Position numbers and translations under genes: made by a program. Shown in pieces: positions 48,878 through 58,117 of a stretch of DNA of 64,000 bases. Each line of letters starts with the position of its first letter. The first letter of the stretch is position 1. Under the pieces are notes generated by a model that did not search any database, was not told the origin of the DNA, and was given only the letters and a program-made list of their open reading frames with translations. This stretch comes from an uncultured Dehalococcoidia bacterium (GTDB taxonomy: Bacteria > Chloroflexota > Dehalococcoidia > DSTF01 > RBG-16-68-14). Where the stretch lies: assembly GCA_964418365.1 (NCBI GenBank), contig CAYQLM010000001.1, forward strand, positions 24,490 to 88,489. The letters run 5' to 3'.

Positions 48878-50035
48878 TCACGGCCTAGGCGGCTCAGGCC
48901 CGAACCAGAGCTGGCGCCGTGATGCAGCGAACTCCTGCTTCTCCTCGGCCCCCTGCAAGGAAGCTTCGGTGAACGGAGCGATCACTGATGGGCCGGTCAA
49001 GAAGTCCACGTCGACACGCCCAACCTTATGGTTGCCGAACTCGATGAAGCAGGAGCCGGCACCATCGTACGGCTTGGCCGTGCCCGCTTGCCGCAAACGC
49101 ACTGTGAGGTGCTCTGCCACCGCGCGGCTGGCGCTTTCGGCGAAAATGCCAGCCTTGGGTACGGGCGCGCTGGTGACGTCGCCGACGGCGTACACGTCCG
49201 GGAACCGCGTCGAGAGATTCGCTTTGTCGACTGGGATCCAGCCGTCAACGGCGAGCCCCGAGGACTCGACAACGGCAGGGACGCGATGGACGGGGATGCC
49301 GAGAAAGAGGTCGTACGGCATCGTGCTTCCGTCTCGCAGTCGGGCGGTCTTGGTCGCCCCGTCGATCGACTCCACACCTTGGCTGCCAACCCATGTGATG
49401 TTCCGTTCGCGGAAGCGGGCCAAGATGGCGTCGGATGCCGGGCCGGAAGCGGGGATCGGGATTCCCCACGGTGAGACGACGCTGATGCCGATGTTGGCGC
49501 GAACGCCCCGTTCTGAGAAGTACTCGTCGAGCAGCATGGCCGCTTCACACGGCGCCGGTGGACACTTGAAGGGCTCACTCAGGACGGCGACGACCACAAT
49601 TCCTGTGGTGACCGTCGGGAGCAGGTCCCGCAAACGCAGGGCGCCGTCTACGGAGTAGAACTCGTGACCTCCCTCGACGAAGCCTGGTGTTGCGCCGAAG
49701 TCGTACTCGGCCCCGAGGGCAACGACGAGCACGTCGGCGGTGTAGGTGTCCCTGTCGGTCACCACGCGACGGGCGGCGGGATCGATCGATGTGATCAACT
49801 CCTGCCGGAACTCGACGCCGGGCTTCGCGATGGTCCGGTAATACGAGCTGACATCTTCGCGGCGCTGACGCCCAAACATCAGGTCGAACTTCGAGAAGCC
49901 AAAGATGAACGCGTCGTTCCTGTCAATAAGCGTGATCCTTATCCCGTCGGCGAACGCGGCGGATAGGCAAGCCGAGAGTTCGAGGCCGCCGAAGCCGGCT
50001 CCGAGAATGACTACGTGGGTCGCGTCGGTTGCCAC
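48878..50035 (-). CDS. FAD-dependent pyridine nucleotide-disulfide oxidoreductase, sulfide:quinone oxidoreductase-like
   Basis: Rossmann motif (VVILGAGFGGLE) and a second one (VVVALGAEY). Next to the rhodanese gene; an NDH-2 relative cannot be excluded. Confidence 0.65.
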   Translation of the reverse strand: MATDATHVVILGAGFGGLELSACLSAAFADGIRITLIDRNDAFIFGFSKFDLMFGRQRREDVSSYYRTIAKPGVEFRQELITSIDPAARRVVTDRDTYTADVLVVALGAEYDFGATPGFVEGGHEFYSVDGALRLRDLLPTVTTGIVVVAVLSEPFKCPPAPCEAAMLLDEYFSERGVRANIGISVVSPWGIPIPASGPASDAILARFRERNITWVGSQGVESIDGATKTARLRDGSTMPYDLFLGIPVHRVPAVVESSGLAVDGWIPVDKANLSTRFPDVYAVGDVTSAPVPKAGIFAESASRAVAEHLTVRLRQAGTAKPYDGAGSCFIEFGNHKVGRVDVDFLTGPSVIAPFTEASLQGAEEKQEFAASRRQLWFGPEPPRP

Positions 50036-50066
50036 GCCGGTCCTCCTTTGTGTTCAGCACCTGGAA

Positions 50067-50660
50067 TCATCCTCGCCTCCACGCCTTCAGGTGTCTCAGC
50101 ACCACGCCGCCATGCATGGTCGGAAGCGGCGCCATGGCGATGGCGAAGAACGCGAGGTTAAGAATGGCCAAGAAAAGCACGAAGTGCCCGTCTAGCCCGG
50201 CTACGTACAGGATGAGCATGACAGCTCCCAGGAGCAGGTTCGCTGCGGGCTCTCCCAAGCCGCGAATGAGGTGAACGCGGCTCGGAAATTCCCGCGATTC
50301 GTCGTACTCGTTGTAAGGTAAGCTTGCCGTGAAGATCACTGAGAGCATAGGTGCCCCGACCACCTTTCCAGCGATCGCGCCCCCTAGTTGATGGATGATG
50401 ATGCTCGCCCCGATGAGGAGACCGTAAGCGAGACCGGCGAGAAGTCGTTCGCCCACGCTGGATCCGACTTCGGCGATGAAACTGATGATGACGCCAACCG
50501 CCGCGATCCAAACGGGCGCTGCGAGGGCAGTTGGCGTAGCCATCCAGTTGATGCCGAAGACGGAAACGAGCCGATGCGGACGCATGTGGGCCATGTTCTC
50601 GATCACATAGGGAGGTGAGTGCGGAGGTTCGTTGAGGATAAGGTCTTTGAACCAGGACAT
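50067..50660 (-). CDS. Hypothetical polytopic membrane protein
   Basis: 197 aa, 4-5 TM segments; no HExxH motif. Confidence 0.45.
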   Translation of the reverse strand: MSWFKDLILNEPPHSPPYVIENMAHMRPHRLVSVFGINWMATPTALAAPVWIAAVGVIISFIAEVGSSVGERLLAGLAYGLLIGASIIIHQLGGAIAGKVVGAPMLSVIFTASLPYNEYDESREFPSRVHLIRGLGEPAANLLLGAVMLILYVAGLDGHFVLFLAILNLAFFAIAMAPLPTMHGGVVLRHLKAWRRG

Positions 50661-50844
50661 GTCGTTCCTCAGGCGATGGACCGCGCTTTCGGGTTGGCGG
50701 GGGCGGGTTGCTTAGCATTATAGACCCAGGCCGCGTACCACGCGACGCCAGCTCTTGGCCGGGCGGACTGGTCGCGGATTGAAGCCTGGCCGAGGTCGTC
50801 GTGCAGGAACTGCTTGAAGGACATGACAGCGCCTCGACCGCGGA

Positions 50845-51378
50845 CTACTCTGCTATGGCTCGATACAGCCGGATCGGCTGCGGGATACCCTTCATCACGA
50901 CCGGCCCCAGTTCATCAAACTGCACGTTGGGCAGCTTGTCATTCACGCTCGTTCTGGTTGCGTCCGAGAGGAGGACTTCGCCCGGGCCGGCGACATCGAC
51001 GACGCGCGACGCGACGTTCACGTCGTGGCCGACCAGGTCCTCGCCGCGAAGCGTTTGCTGACCGGAGTGCATGCCGCAGCGCACCCAGAGCGGACTGTCC
51101 GACGTGGCCGACTCGCGCTCGAAGCGTTCCTGCAGCCGCAGCGACGTCTCGACCGCCTCGCACGCATTCTGGAACCAGAGCAGCAGGCCGTCGCCCAGTT
51201 CCTTAACGATGCGCGCGTTGGGAGGGAGCGTCTCGTTCACGAGCCGTTCCTGCGTCGCGAGCAGTGCGAGCGCTTCTTCGTCGCCACGCAGCGCGGTGTA
51301 CTCCGTGAAGCCAACGATGTCAGTGAAGACCACGGTGCCCTGAATCACGCGCGGCCGAGACGTCTTGGTAGCGATCAT
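50845..51378 (-). CDS. Stand-alone class III adenylate/guanylate cyclase catalytic domain protein
   Basis: 177 aa; VVFTDIVGFT metal-binding region, LGDGLLLWF, no sensor domain. Confidence 0.75.
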   Translation of the reverse strand: MIATKTSRPRVIQGTVVFTDIVGFTEYTALRGDEEALALLATQERLVNETLPPNARIVKELGDGLLLWFQNACEAVETSLRLQERFERESATSDSPLWVRCGMHSGQQTLRGEDLVGHDVNVASRVVDVAGPGEVLLSDATRTSVNDKLPNVQFDELGPVVMKGIPQPIRLYRAIAE

Positions 51379-52094
51379 CAGGCGCGGACGACCGTGATCC
51401 TGCCGCTCATGGAGCGCACCGCAACCTGGCAGTCGTTGCCTTCGGGGCAGTCGCAGCGCGGACGGCTCGTGAGGGAGTGGAGCTGGGCATTCGGCCGCAC
51501 GCCGTCGGGCACCTCGATCTTGACCGAGCCCGAGACGGTCTGCACCGCAACGTCGCCGTCGCGCTGCGTGCCAACTTCCACCGTGCCGCTGACGCTCTGC
51601 GCGCGCACGCGGCCCGTCGTCTCCTCAAAACGGATCGTGCCGGAGATGGTCGAGGCGCGCGCGTCGCGCGCGCTGGCGCACGTCGTGTGCCCGGTCTTGG
51701 TGCGCATAGAGCAGCGCCCCGTGCAACGGTCCACCTCGATATTGCCGGAGATGGTGCGCGCATCCAGCTCTTCCGCGCGCTCGACCGTCGCTGATCCACT
51801 CACGGTTGTAATGCGCACCCGGCCGAGCGGCCCGCGCAGCATCACGTTGCCCGAGATCGTCCCGGCGGTTACGTCCGTGCCTGCTGGGCAGCGCACGACG
51901 AGGTTCGCCGAGCCACCCCGCGCCGACCCGAGGCTGATCCGGCCGGTCGGGTCGACTTCCGGCCCGCGCGACGACCCGCCCTCTTCCGCGAAGACGTTCT
52001 CCCGTTCCTCAGCGATGACGGTGACGGTTCCCGATCGTGTCGCCACGTGCAGGTCAGCGTGGCCGTGAACGTCAATGCTGAACGTCGCCGGCAT
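51378..52094 (-). CDS. DUF4097-type beta-helical repeat protein (putative adhesin/LiaG-like)
   Basis: 238 aa with repeated (T/S)xSGx(V/I) strands. Its stop overlaps the cyclase start by 1 nt. Confidence 0.6.
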   Translation of the reverse strand: MPATFSIDVHGHADLHVATRSGTVTVIAEERENVFAEEGGSSRGPEVDPTGRISLGSARGGSANLVVRCPAGTDVTAGTISGNVMLRGPLGRVRITTVSGSATVERAEELDARTISGNIEVDRCTGRCSMRTKTGHTTCASARDARASTISGTIRFEETTGRVRAQSVSGTVEVGTQRDGDVAVQTVSGSVKIEVPDGVRPNAQLHSLTSRPRCDCPEGNDCQVAVRSMSGRITVVRA

Positions 52095-52226
52095 AAGATG
52101 TCTCCCAACCCGGGCGCAGTCCTCGGGCCTGGTGGCAAGGACCGCAATCGGATGCTACGGCGCCCGCGCCCGGAACCCCAGAATACCACAGTTTGTATCG
52201 CGCACGATGGCACATGGTGGTCGTCC

Positions 52227-53021
52227 CTAGACCGCCTGCCAGGTGCGCCGTCCGTCGACAAGGACGAGGCGGCCGAAGCTGTTCGGCGTGAAGTGCCCAG
52301 CGGCCACAAGCGCCTGCTCCGCAATCAGCCGTTCGGCCAGCGCGCGCTTCGTTCGGCGCGAAACGCGCGGCAGCTCATCGATGGCCGCGACCCAGAAGCG
52401 GATCAAATGCAGCGGATGATGCGCTACGTCGCCCAGGATGATCCCGCGCTCCCCGGCAGAAGTGACCGCGAGCGAGCAGTGCCCAGGCGTATGGCCTGGC
52501 GTCGGCAGCAGGCTGAGCTCCGGCGTGACGGCGGCCTCGCCATCGACGAGGCGCAGCTGCGGGCTATCTTGTAGCGGTAGGACATCGGTGCGCAGGTGCG
52601 GCCCTTCCTCGTCGATGATGGCCGGATCCGTCCAGAAGTCCCACTCCTTGCGCGCGATCCAGTACTCGGCGTTTGGAAACGTCGGGACGAACGCCCCGCC
52701 GCTGCGCAGGCAGTTCCAGCCGACGTGGTCGAAGTGCAAGTGCGTGTTGACGACGACATCGATGTCGGCCGGCCGCACCCCGAGGCGAGCGAGGTTCGAT
52801 AGCAGCTCGCCGCCCGGCAGCTGCGGGTTCTTGTCCCCGATCCCGGTATCGACGAGAATCGTCTGGCCGGAGCTGCGCACGAGGAACGAGCCGCGCTTGA
52901 TCGGCAGGGCGCCATCCGCGGTGAGCTCGTCGTCGCGCAACGCCGCCTGGTACATGGCGGGCGGCACGCCGGAGAAGAGGAACGACGGGTGAGCGGGCAT
53001 CAAACCGTCCGTGACGCTCAC
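52227..53021 (-). CDS. Metallo-beta-lactamase fold hydrolase
   Basis: HLHFDHVGW motif, 264 aa. Confidence 0.8.
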   Translation of the reverse strand: MSVTDGLMPAHPSFLFSGVPPAMYQAALRDDELTADGALPIKRGSFLVRSSGQTILVDTGIGDKNPQLPGGELLSNLARLGVRPADIDVVVNTHLHFDHVGWNCLRSGGAFVPTFPNAEYWIARKEWDFWTDPAIIDEEGPHLRTDVLPLQDSPQLRLVDGEAAVTPELSLLPTPGHTPGHCSLAVTSAGERGIILGDVAHHPLHLIRFWVAAIDELPRVSRRTKRALAERLIAEQALVAAGHFTPNSFGRLVLVDGRRTWQAV

Positions 53022-53120
53022 GATCTCGACGCTGCCGATGGCTACGCGCTCCGGTGCTGCACCTCCGATTAGCCAGAACCGGCCACAGATTGACTCAATG
53101 CTGCCGTGTCGCAGAGGACG

Positions 53121-53468
53121 TCACAACTCGCGCAGGCCAACGATCCTCGCGATGGGAAGCGCAATCAACGTTCCGTTGCCGCGCTCGTAGAGATCGCCAA
53201 GCACGCGCTCGGTTGCCGCGATGAGCGGGTCGACGATGTGGTCGGGCACGGTTGTGAAGATGATCCGCCTGGGCGCGTCGTCTGACTGCAGGAGGTCCCT
53301 GATCGAAGGAAGCAGCGGCAGATCGTCCCGGTGCAGCTGCTCCCACGGCAGGCGCGTGCCGACGCCGTCCATGATCGTGAGCTCGGCCGCACCATTATCG
53401 TGCCACGCAGTCACCACCTCCTCGAAGTGGTTCAGGTTGTACAGCACGAGCATCAGGAGATTAGGCAT
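53121..53468 (-). CDS. Small hypothetical cytoplasmic protein, probably co-transcribed with the antiporter
   Basis: 115 aa; start overlaps the antiporter stop by 8 nt; possible P-II-like fold (speculative). Confidence 0.4.
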   Translation of the reverse strand: MPNLLMLVLYNLNHFEEVVTAWHDNGAAELTIMDGVGTRLPWEQLHRDDLPLLPSIRDLLQSDDAPRRIIFTTVPDHIVDPLIAATERVLGDLYERGNGTLIALPIARIVGLREL

Positions 53469-54669
53469 AACGCGCCTCCTTAGTTTGCGGGAAGACGATG
53501 CGCAGCAGGAGAGGCGTAGCGAGCGTCGTTGCGAGCACGGTTAGCACAATGATCGAGTAGACGTCGGTCTCGATCAAGCCCTTGCTGAGTCCAACCGTGG
53601 CGATAATGAGCCCAACCTCTCCGCGGGAGATCATGCCGGTACCGATCTGGAGCGAGCTCCTCAGGGACTCGCCGCCGAGCAGTGCCCCGAGGCCACACCC
53701 GACGATCTTGGACGCAGCAGCGACAAGGAAAATCACAACAAGCAGTACGGCGTCCGATCCGTGGATATCGCGCGCGTTTGCCGCCAACCCGACGCCAACA
53801 AAAAAGATCGGCACGAAGAATCCATAGGCCAGCGCGCGCGAACGTTCGTCGATCAGCCTGTGGCCATCGGTCTGGCGGAGGAAGAGGCCAGCCATGAAGG
53901 CTCCCGTGATCGCGGCCACCTGGCCGACGTACTCGGCGAACCAAGCATACGTCAAGACCGTCACCACGGCTGCCGTCAGCGCCCCTTCGCTCATCGGTGC
54001 GTTCATCGCCCAGCGGACGAACGGTGGGAGCAGGAACCGCCCGACAATCAGCGCCGCCGCGAAGAAGCCGGCCACGCGGAGGACGATCAGGACGGCGTCG
54101 GCCGGGCCGCCCCCGCTATTGCCCTGCACTGCGAAGGCGATGAAGAACGAAAGCACGAGGAGCCCAATGACGTCGTCGATCACCGCCGCCGCGAGAATCG
54201 AGAGCCCCTGCCTGCTTTGCAGCACGCCCAGCTCCATCAACGTCCGCGCGGAGATGCTCACGCTGGTCGCGGAAAGGATGATGCCGATGAAGACGCACTC
54301 CTTCGCCGAGAAGCCGAAGGGCACGCTTGCGCCGGCGCCCATCAGGACGGGAAACAGCACGCCGATAGAACCGACGAGGAGTGCAACGCGGCGTACCTTG
54401 TTGACTTCGCCCAGGTCGGTCTCAAGACCTGCCAAGAACATGAGGAAGATTACGCCGAGCTCCGCCAGCAAGTGCGTCATCTCCTCTAAGTAGGGCGTGT
54501 CGAGAAAGCCGGCGCCAAAGAGGTTGATCAAGGATGGCCCCAGGATCACGCCGGCGAGGAGTTCTCCCAGCACGGCCGGCTGGCCGATGGCGGATGAGAC
54601 GAGACCGGAGCCCTTGGCCACGACCAGGACGATCACAAGGACAAACAGCAGTTGAAGTACATCAGACAT
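53461..54669 (-). CDS. Monovalent cation:proton antiporter (CPA family Na+/H+ exchanger)
   Basis: 402 aa, 11-12 TM segments, Na_H_exchanger-like topology. Confidence 0.78.
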   Translation of the reverse strand: MSDVLQLLFVLVIVLVVAKGSGLVSSAIGQPAVLGELLAGVILGPSLINLFGAGFLDTPYLEEMTHLLAELGVIFLMFLAGLETDLGEVNKVRRVALLVGSIGVLFPVLMGAGASVPFGFSAKECVFIGIILSATSVSISARTLMELGVLQSRQGLSILAAAVIDDVIGLLVLSFFIAFAVQGNSGGGPADAVLIVLRVAGFFAAALIVGRFLLPPFVRWAMNAPMSEGALTAAVVTVLTYAWFAEYVGQVAAITGAFMAGLFLRQTDGHRLIDERSRALAYGFFVPIFFVGVGLAANARDIHGSDAVLLVVIFLVAAASKIVGCGLGALLGGESLRSSLQIGTGMISRGEVGLIIATVGLSKGLIETDVYSIIVLTVLATTLATPLLLRIVFPQTKEARYA

Positions 54670-54934
54670 TGTCAGGCGCCATTGGTACGCTAGCGCGGCG
54701 CAGCGAGTTCAGCCCAGGCCCGACTGTTACGATCGTGTGTCGAAACGTTTGCGGGCGCACTTCGCTTGGCGCGGCCCGCCGGCCACGCCGAGCTCGCTGA
54801 CGTACGTACCATCATCACTCGCCTCCTGCAGCTCCCCCGGTCGCGCGCAACTGCGAATTAACGTGGCAGTAACGCGCCCGTCATTCGGCCGTAATGCGGC
54901 GTCACTATCCTGAAACAAACTCGGGCTAGACAGA

Positions 54935-55297
54935 GTGAACATGATGACAACGATCTTGCTCAAGGACACGCCTCCGGAACAAGGCTCGATCCTCTCGGCG
55001 GGCAATATTCGCGCCAGCGTGGCGCTCTATCAAGCCTGGGTTGGAGGAAAGCAAGTTGATCTCACCTATAAGGAGTTCGAGCTCTTGCGGCTTTTGCTCA
55101 GCAACCCCGATCGCATTCTGTCCTATGACGATCTCGTGGACGTTCTTTGGCCCGAAGGCGGGTCGGGCGTGCGCCGTCGTCTGGGAGTTGTTGTCTGCAG
55201 ACTGCGGGCAAAGCTTGCGGGTTCATGGCCGTATCGCATCCGGACGGTGCGGCATCGAGGTTACGGCTTGACGGCGACAAGAGGAGGCGAGGAGTAG
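54935..55297 (+). CDS. OmpR/PhoB-type winged-helix DNA-binding domain protein (no receiver domain)
   Basis: 120 aa; KEFELLRLLLSNPDRILSYDDLVDVLWPEG...RLRAKL matches trans_reg_C; possible ATG start at 54941. Confidence 0.7.
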   Translation: MNMMTTILLKDTPPEQGSILSAGNIRASVALYQAWVGGKQVDLTYKEFELLRLLLSNPDRILSYDDLVDVLWPEGGSGVRRRLGVVVCRLRAKLAGSWPYRIRTVRHRGYGLTATRGGEE

Positions 55298-55459
55298 CGA
55301 TGGCAGATCGAAACGGCGCGATACAGGCGTCGCGGTTACAGGGAAGCTTCACGCGCACGACAGGACCGCCGAAGTTGCCTGCCTGGGTGCGGGGAATATC
55401 GGCGCGTATTCGGAGGGGAGCGGACCAACTCAACAACCAACGCGAAGAAGGAGAAGACG

Positions 55460-55960
55460 ATGCTATTTCTGATGCTGTTCATGGCGATGCTGGGGCTGAT
55501 GCTGTTGCGGGTGCACATGCCAATTGGCGGAGCGAATCTCCGCGGGCGCGTTCTGAAGACAGTTAGCCTTTCGTTTCCGGAGCGGCTGCTCATGCAGCGC
55601 GTAAACACGTACTCAATCGCGGCCGTGTTGTTGCTGACCACGGTCACAGGCACGCTTCCGTCCGGCTTGGCGATCCCGATTGTGCTGATCGCAACCGGGA
55701 TCCTGTTGCTCCCGGTGCGCTACGTCGTCACCACCGAGGGCGTCGGGATCAACAACGTCGTCTTCCGGCCCTGGAACGAGCTTTCGGGCTTCGTCACGGA
55801 GCGGCGGCGGATCCGCCTGGAAGGCCGCGATGGAAACAGAGCGTTCAATCTGACGCTGCTAAGCGAGAACCAGCAGGCTGTGCTGCCCACGCTACGGCGC
55901 TTCTTGAAGCCAGCCGCAGTAAGCGGGGAGGCGCAGTCGTTCGCACAGCAGCCGCACTAA
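55460..55960 (+). CDS. Hypothetical membrane protein
   Basis: 166 aa, 2-3 TM segments, GAAGGAGAAG Shine-Dalgarno. Confidence 0.45.
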   Translation: MLFLMLFMAMLGLMLLRVHMPIGGANLRGRVLKTVSLSFPERLLMQRVNTYSIAAVLLLTTVTGTLPSGLAIPIVLIATGILLLPVRYVVTTEGVGINNVVFRPWNELSGFVTERRRIRLEGRDGNRAFNLTLLSENQQAVLPTLRRFLKPAAVSGEAQSFAQQPH

Positions 55961-56012
55961 CCGGACAGATCCTTCGGCAACCCAAGCACTACCACAAAGG
56001 GGGAAAACGACG

Positions 56013-57677
56013 TTGAGCTTCACAAGACTTCTCAAACTCAGAGCGATAGCGCTGGTCGCCGTCGCATTGGTGCTCGCGGCGACGGTGGCCTTCGCGTTGC
56101 AGGGCACGGTGTCCGCACAATCTCCCGACGCTACACCCGCGGCTTGCGGCGGGAATGCTTCTGGGCCAGGCGACCCTTGCGGTGAGAAGACCGGCGGCGC
56201 GACGGACGTCGTCGGTACCGACGAACCCACGCTCGACCAGGACACATTTGCAACCGTCGTTGACCAGGTCGGGAAGAACAAAGTCTCAGTCAATTTCACC
56301 TGGACCCTGCTCGCAGGGGCGCTCGTGCTCTTCTTCCAATCAGGCTTCGCGCTTGTGGAGACCGGGTTCACACGCGCAAAGAACGCCGCCCACACGATGA
56401 TGATGAACTTCGTCATCTTCGCCATCGGAGGCGTCGCCTGGTTTATCACCGGGTTCGCCTTGATGTTCGGTGGGGTCGGATCGCTTTCAGTCCTCGGCGG
56501 CGGGACGGGCGTTCTCGATGGGATCTACCACCTCGGCGGTAACGCCGACCTTGGCTTGTGGGGGACGAAGGGCTGGTTCCTCGCGGGGAACTCCTACGAC
56601 GTAGGCGTCATGGCGCTCTGGTTCTTCCAGCTCGTCTTCATGGACACGGCGGGCACCATCGTGACAGGCGCGATGGCGGAGCGGTGGAAGTTCTCAGCCT
56701 TCATCGTCTACTCGTTCTTTATGGCCGGCTTCCTGTACCCGCTTTTCGGGAACTGGGCGTGGGGCGGAGGGTGGCTTGCGCACCTGGGCACCTCCTCCTT
56801 AAGCTTGGGTCACGGGTACGTAGACTTCGCGGGATCAGGAGTGGTGCACGCCGTGGGCGGCCTTTCGGCCTTGGCAGGCGCCATCGTTATCGGCCCTCGG
56901 CTCGGCAAGTACAATAAGGACGGCACTGCCAACACGATCCCCGGTCATAGCTTAGTGCTTGCGATCCTCGGAGTGTTCATCCTTCTGTTTGGATGGCTCG
57001 GATTCAACGCCGGCAGCACGCTGGCAGCCACCGAGCTTCGCATCAGTTCGGTCATCGTCAACACGGTGGTCGCGTCCTGCACGGGCTTGCTCGCCGCGAT
57101 GTTCACAGCTTGGGCGTGGAAGAGCGCATGGGGAAAGCCGGATCCAGGCATGAGCTGCAACGGGATGCTCGCCGGTCTCGTGGCGATCACCGCGCCCTCC
57201 GGATTCGTCGCACCGTGGGCAGCCTTCGTGATCGGCGCGATCGCCGGCGTCCTCGTCGTCGTGGTTTATCGCTTCGTCGACACAAAGTTGAAAATCGACG
57301 ATCCGGTCGGCGCATTTGCTGTGCACGGTGCCAACGGCCTCTGGGGTGTCCTCGCCGTCGGGCTGTTCGCCGATGGCACGTATGGTGCAGGGTGGAACGG
57401 TGTCAGCGGCACGGTGACCGGACTCTTTTACGGAGATGCTGGCCAGCTCGGGGCGCAAGCCATTGGCGTTGTGACCTTAATCGTCTGGGCCTTCGGTGGA
57501 ACGTTCGTCTTCATGAAGCTCCAGAACATGATCATGGGCATCCGCGTGCCTGCCGACGTGGAAACGCAGGGGCTGGATATCCCAGAGATGGGCGCGCTCG
57601 GTTACGCGCCGGATGCTGAGCCGCATCGCGGGCCTGCTCCGAGTCCGATGCCGGCCGGTGCCGGCGGAGGGCGGTAA
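56013..57677 (+). CDS. amtB: Ammonium transporter (Amt family) with a roughly 90-aa N-terminal signal/Pro-Thr extension
   Basis: TTG start after AAGGGGG; 554 aa, 11 TM segments, Amt signatures (FQSGFALVETGFTRAKNAAHTMMMN...). Confidence 0.9.
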   Translation: MSFTRLLKLRAIALVAVALVLAATVAFALQGTVSAQSPDATPAACGGNASGPGDPCGEKTGGATDVVGTDEPTLDQDTFATVVDQVGKNKVSVNFTWTLLAGALVLFFQSGFALVETGFTRAKNAAHTMMMNFVIFAIGGVAWFITGFALMFGGVGSLSVLGGGTGVLDGIYHLGGNADLGLWGTKGWFLAGNSYDVGVMALWFFQLVFMDTAGTIVTGAMAERWKFSAFIVYSFFMAGFLYPLFGNWAWGGGWLAHLGTSSLSLGHGYVDFAGSGVVHAVGGLSALAGAIVIGPRLGKYNKDGTANTIPGHSLVLAILGVFILLFGWLGFNAGSTLAATELRISSVIVNTVVASCTGLLAAMFTAWAWKSAWGKPDPGMSCNGMLAGLVAITAPSGFVAPWAAFVIGAIAGVLVVVVYRFVDTKLKIDDPVGAFAVHGANGLWGVLAVGLFADGTYGAGWNGVSGTVTGLFYGDAGQLGAQAIGVVTLIVWAFGGTFVFMKLQNMIMGIRVPADVETQGLDIPEMGALGYAPDAEPHRGPAPSPMPAGAGGGR

Positions 57678-57701
57678 CCTGCGGAAAAGGGGAATACAGT
57701 A

Positions 57702-58040
57702 GTGAAAAAGATCGAAGCGATCGTCCGGCAGGAAAAACTAGAGCTCATCCGAAAGGCGCTAGAAGGAATTGGAACGCACGGCGTGACAATTACTGAGGTC
57801 AGAGGACACGGAACGCAGAAGGGCATCGTCCAACAGTGGAGAGGCGCCACCTATGCGGTTGACCTGCTTCCTAAGGTGAAACTCGAGACCGTCATCCCGG
57901 ATGAGCTCCTCGAGCAGGCTCTGCAGCTCATTCATGAGACCGGACGCACCGGCGAAATCGGGGACGGCAAGGTGTTTGTCTCAGAGATCATCGACGTGAT
58001 GCGTGTGCGTACGGGGGAACGCGGTAAGGCGGCTGTCTGA
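57702..58040 (+). CDS. glnK: Nitrogen regulatory protein P-II (GlnK)
   Basis: 112 aa, MKKIEAIVRQEKLELI...TEVRGHGTQKG; GTG start; immediately downstream of amt. Confidence 0.92.
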   Translation: MKKIEAIVRQEKLELIRKALEGIGTHGVTITEVRGHGTQKGIVQQWRGATYAVDLLPKVKLETVIPDELLEQALQLIHETGRTGEIGDGKVFVSEIIDVMRVRTGERGKAAV

Positions 58041-58117
58041 CGCACGTACGAATCTATGGGCGCGGCGTCTATCGCCGCGCCCATAGATGACCGCGAGCTT
58101 TCACTGTCTTCATCATG

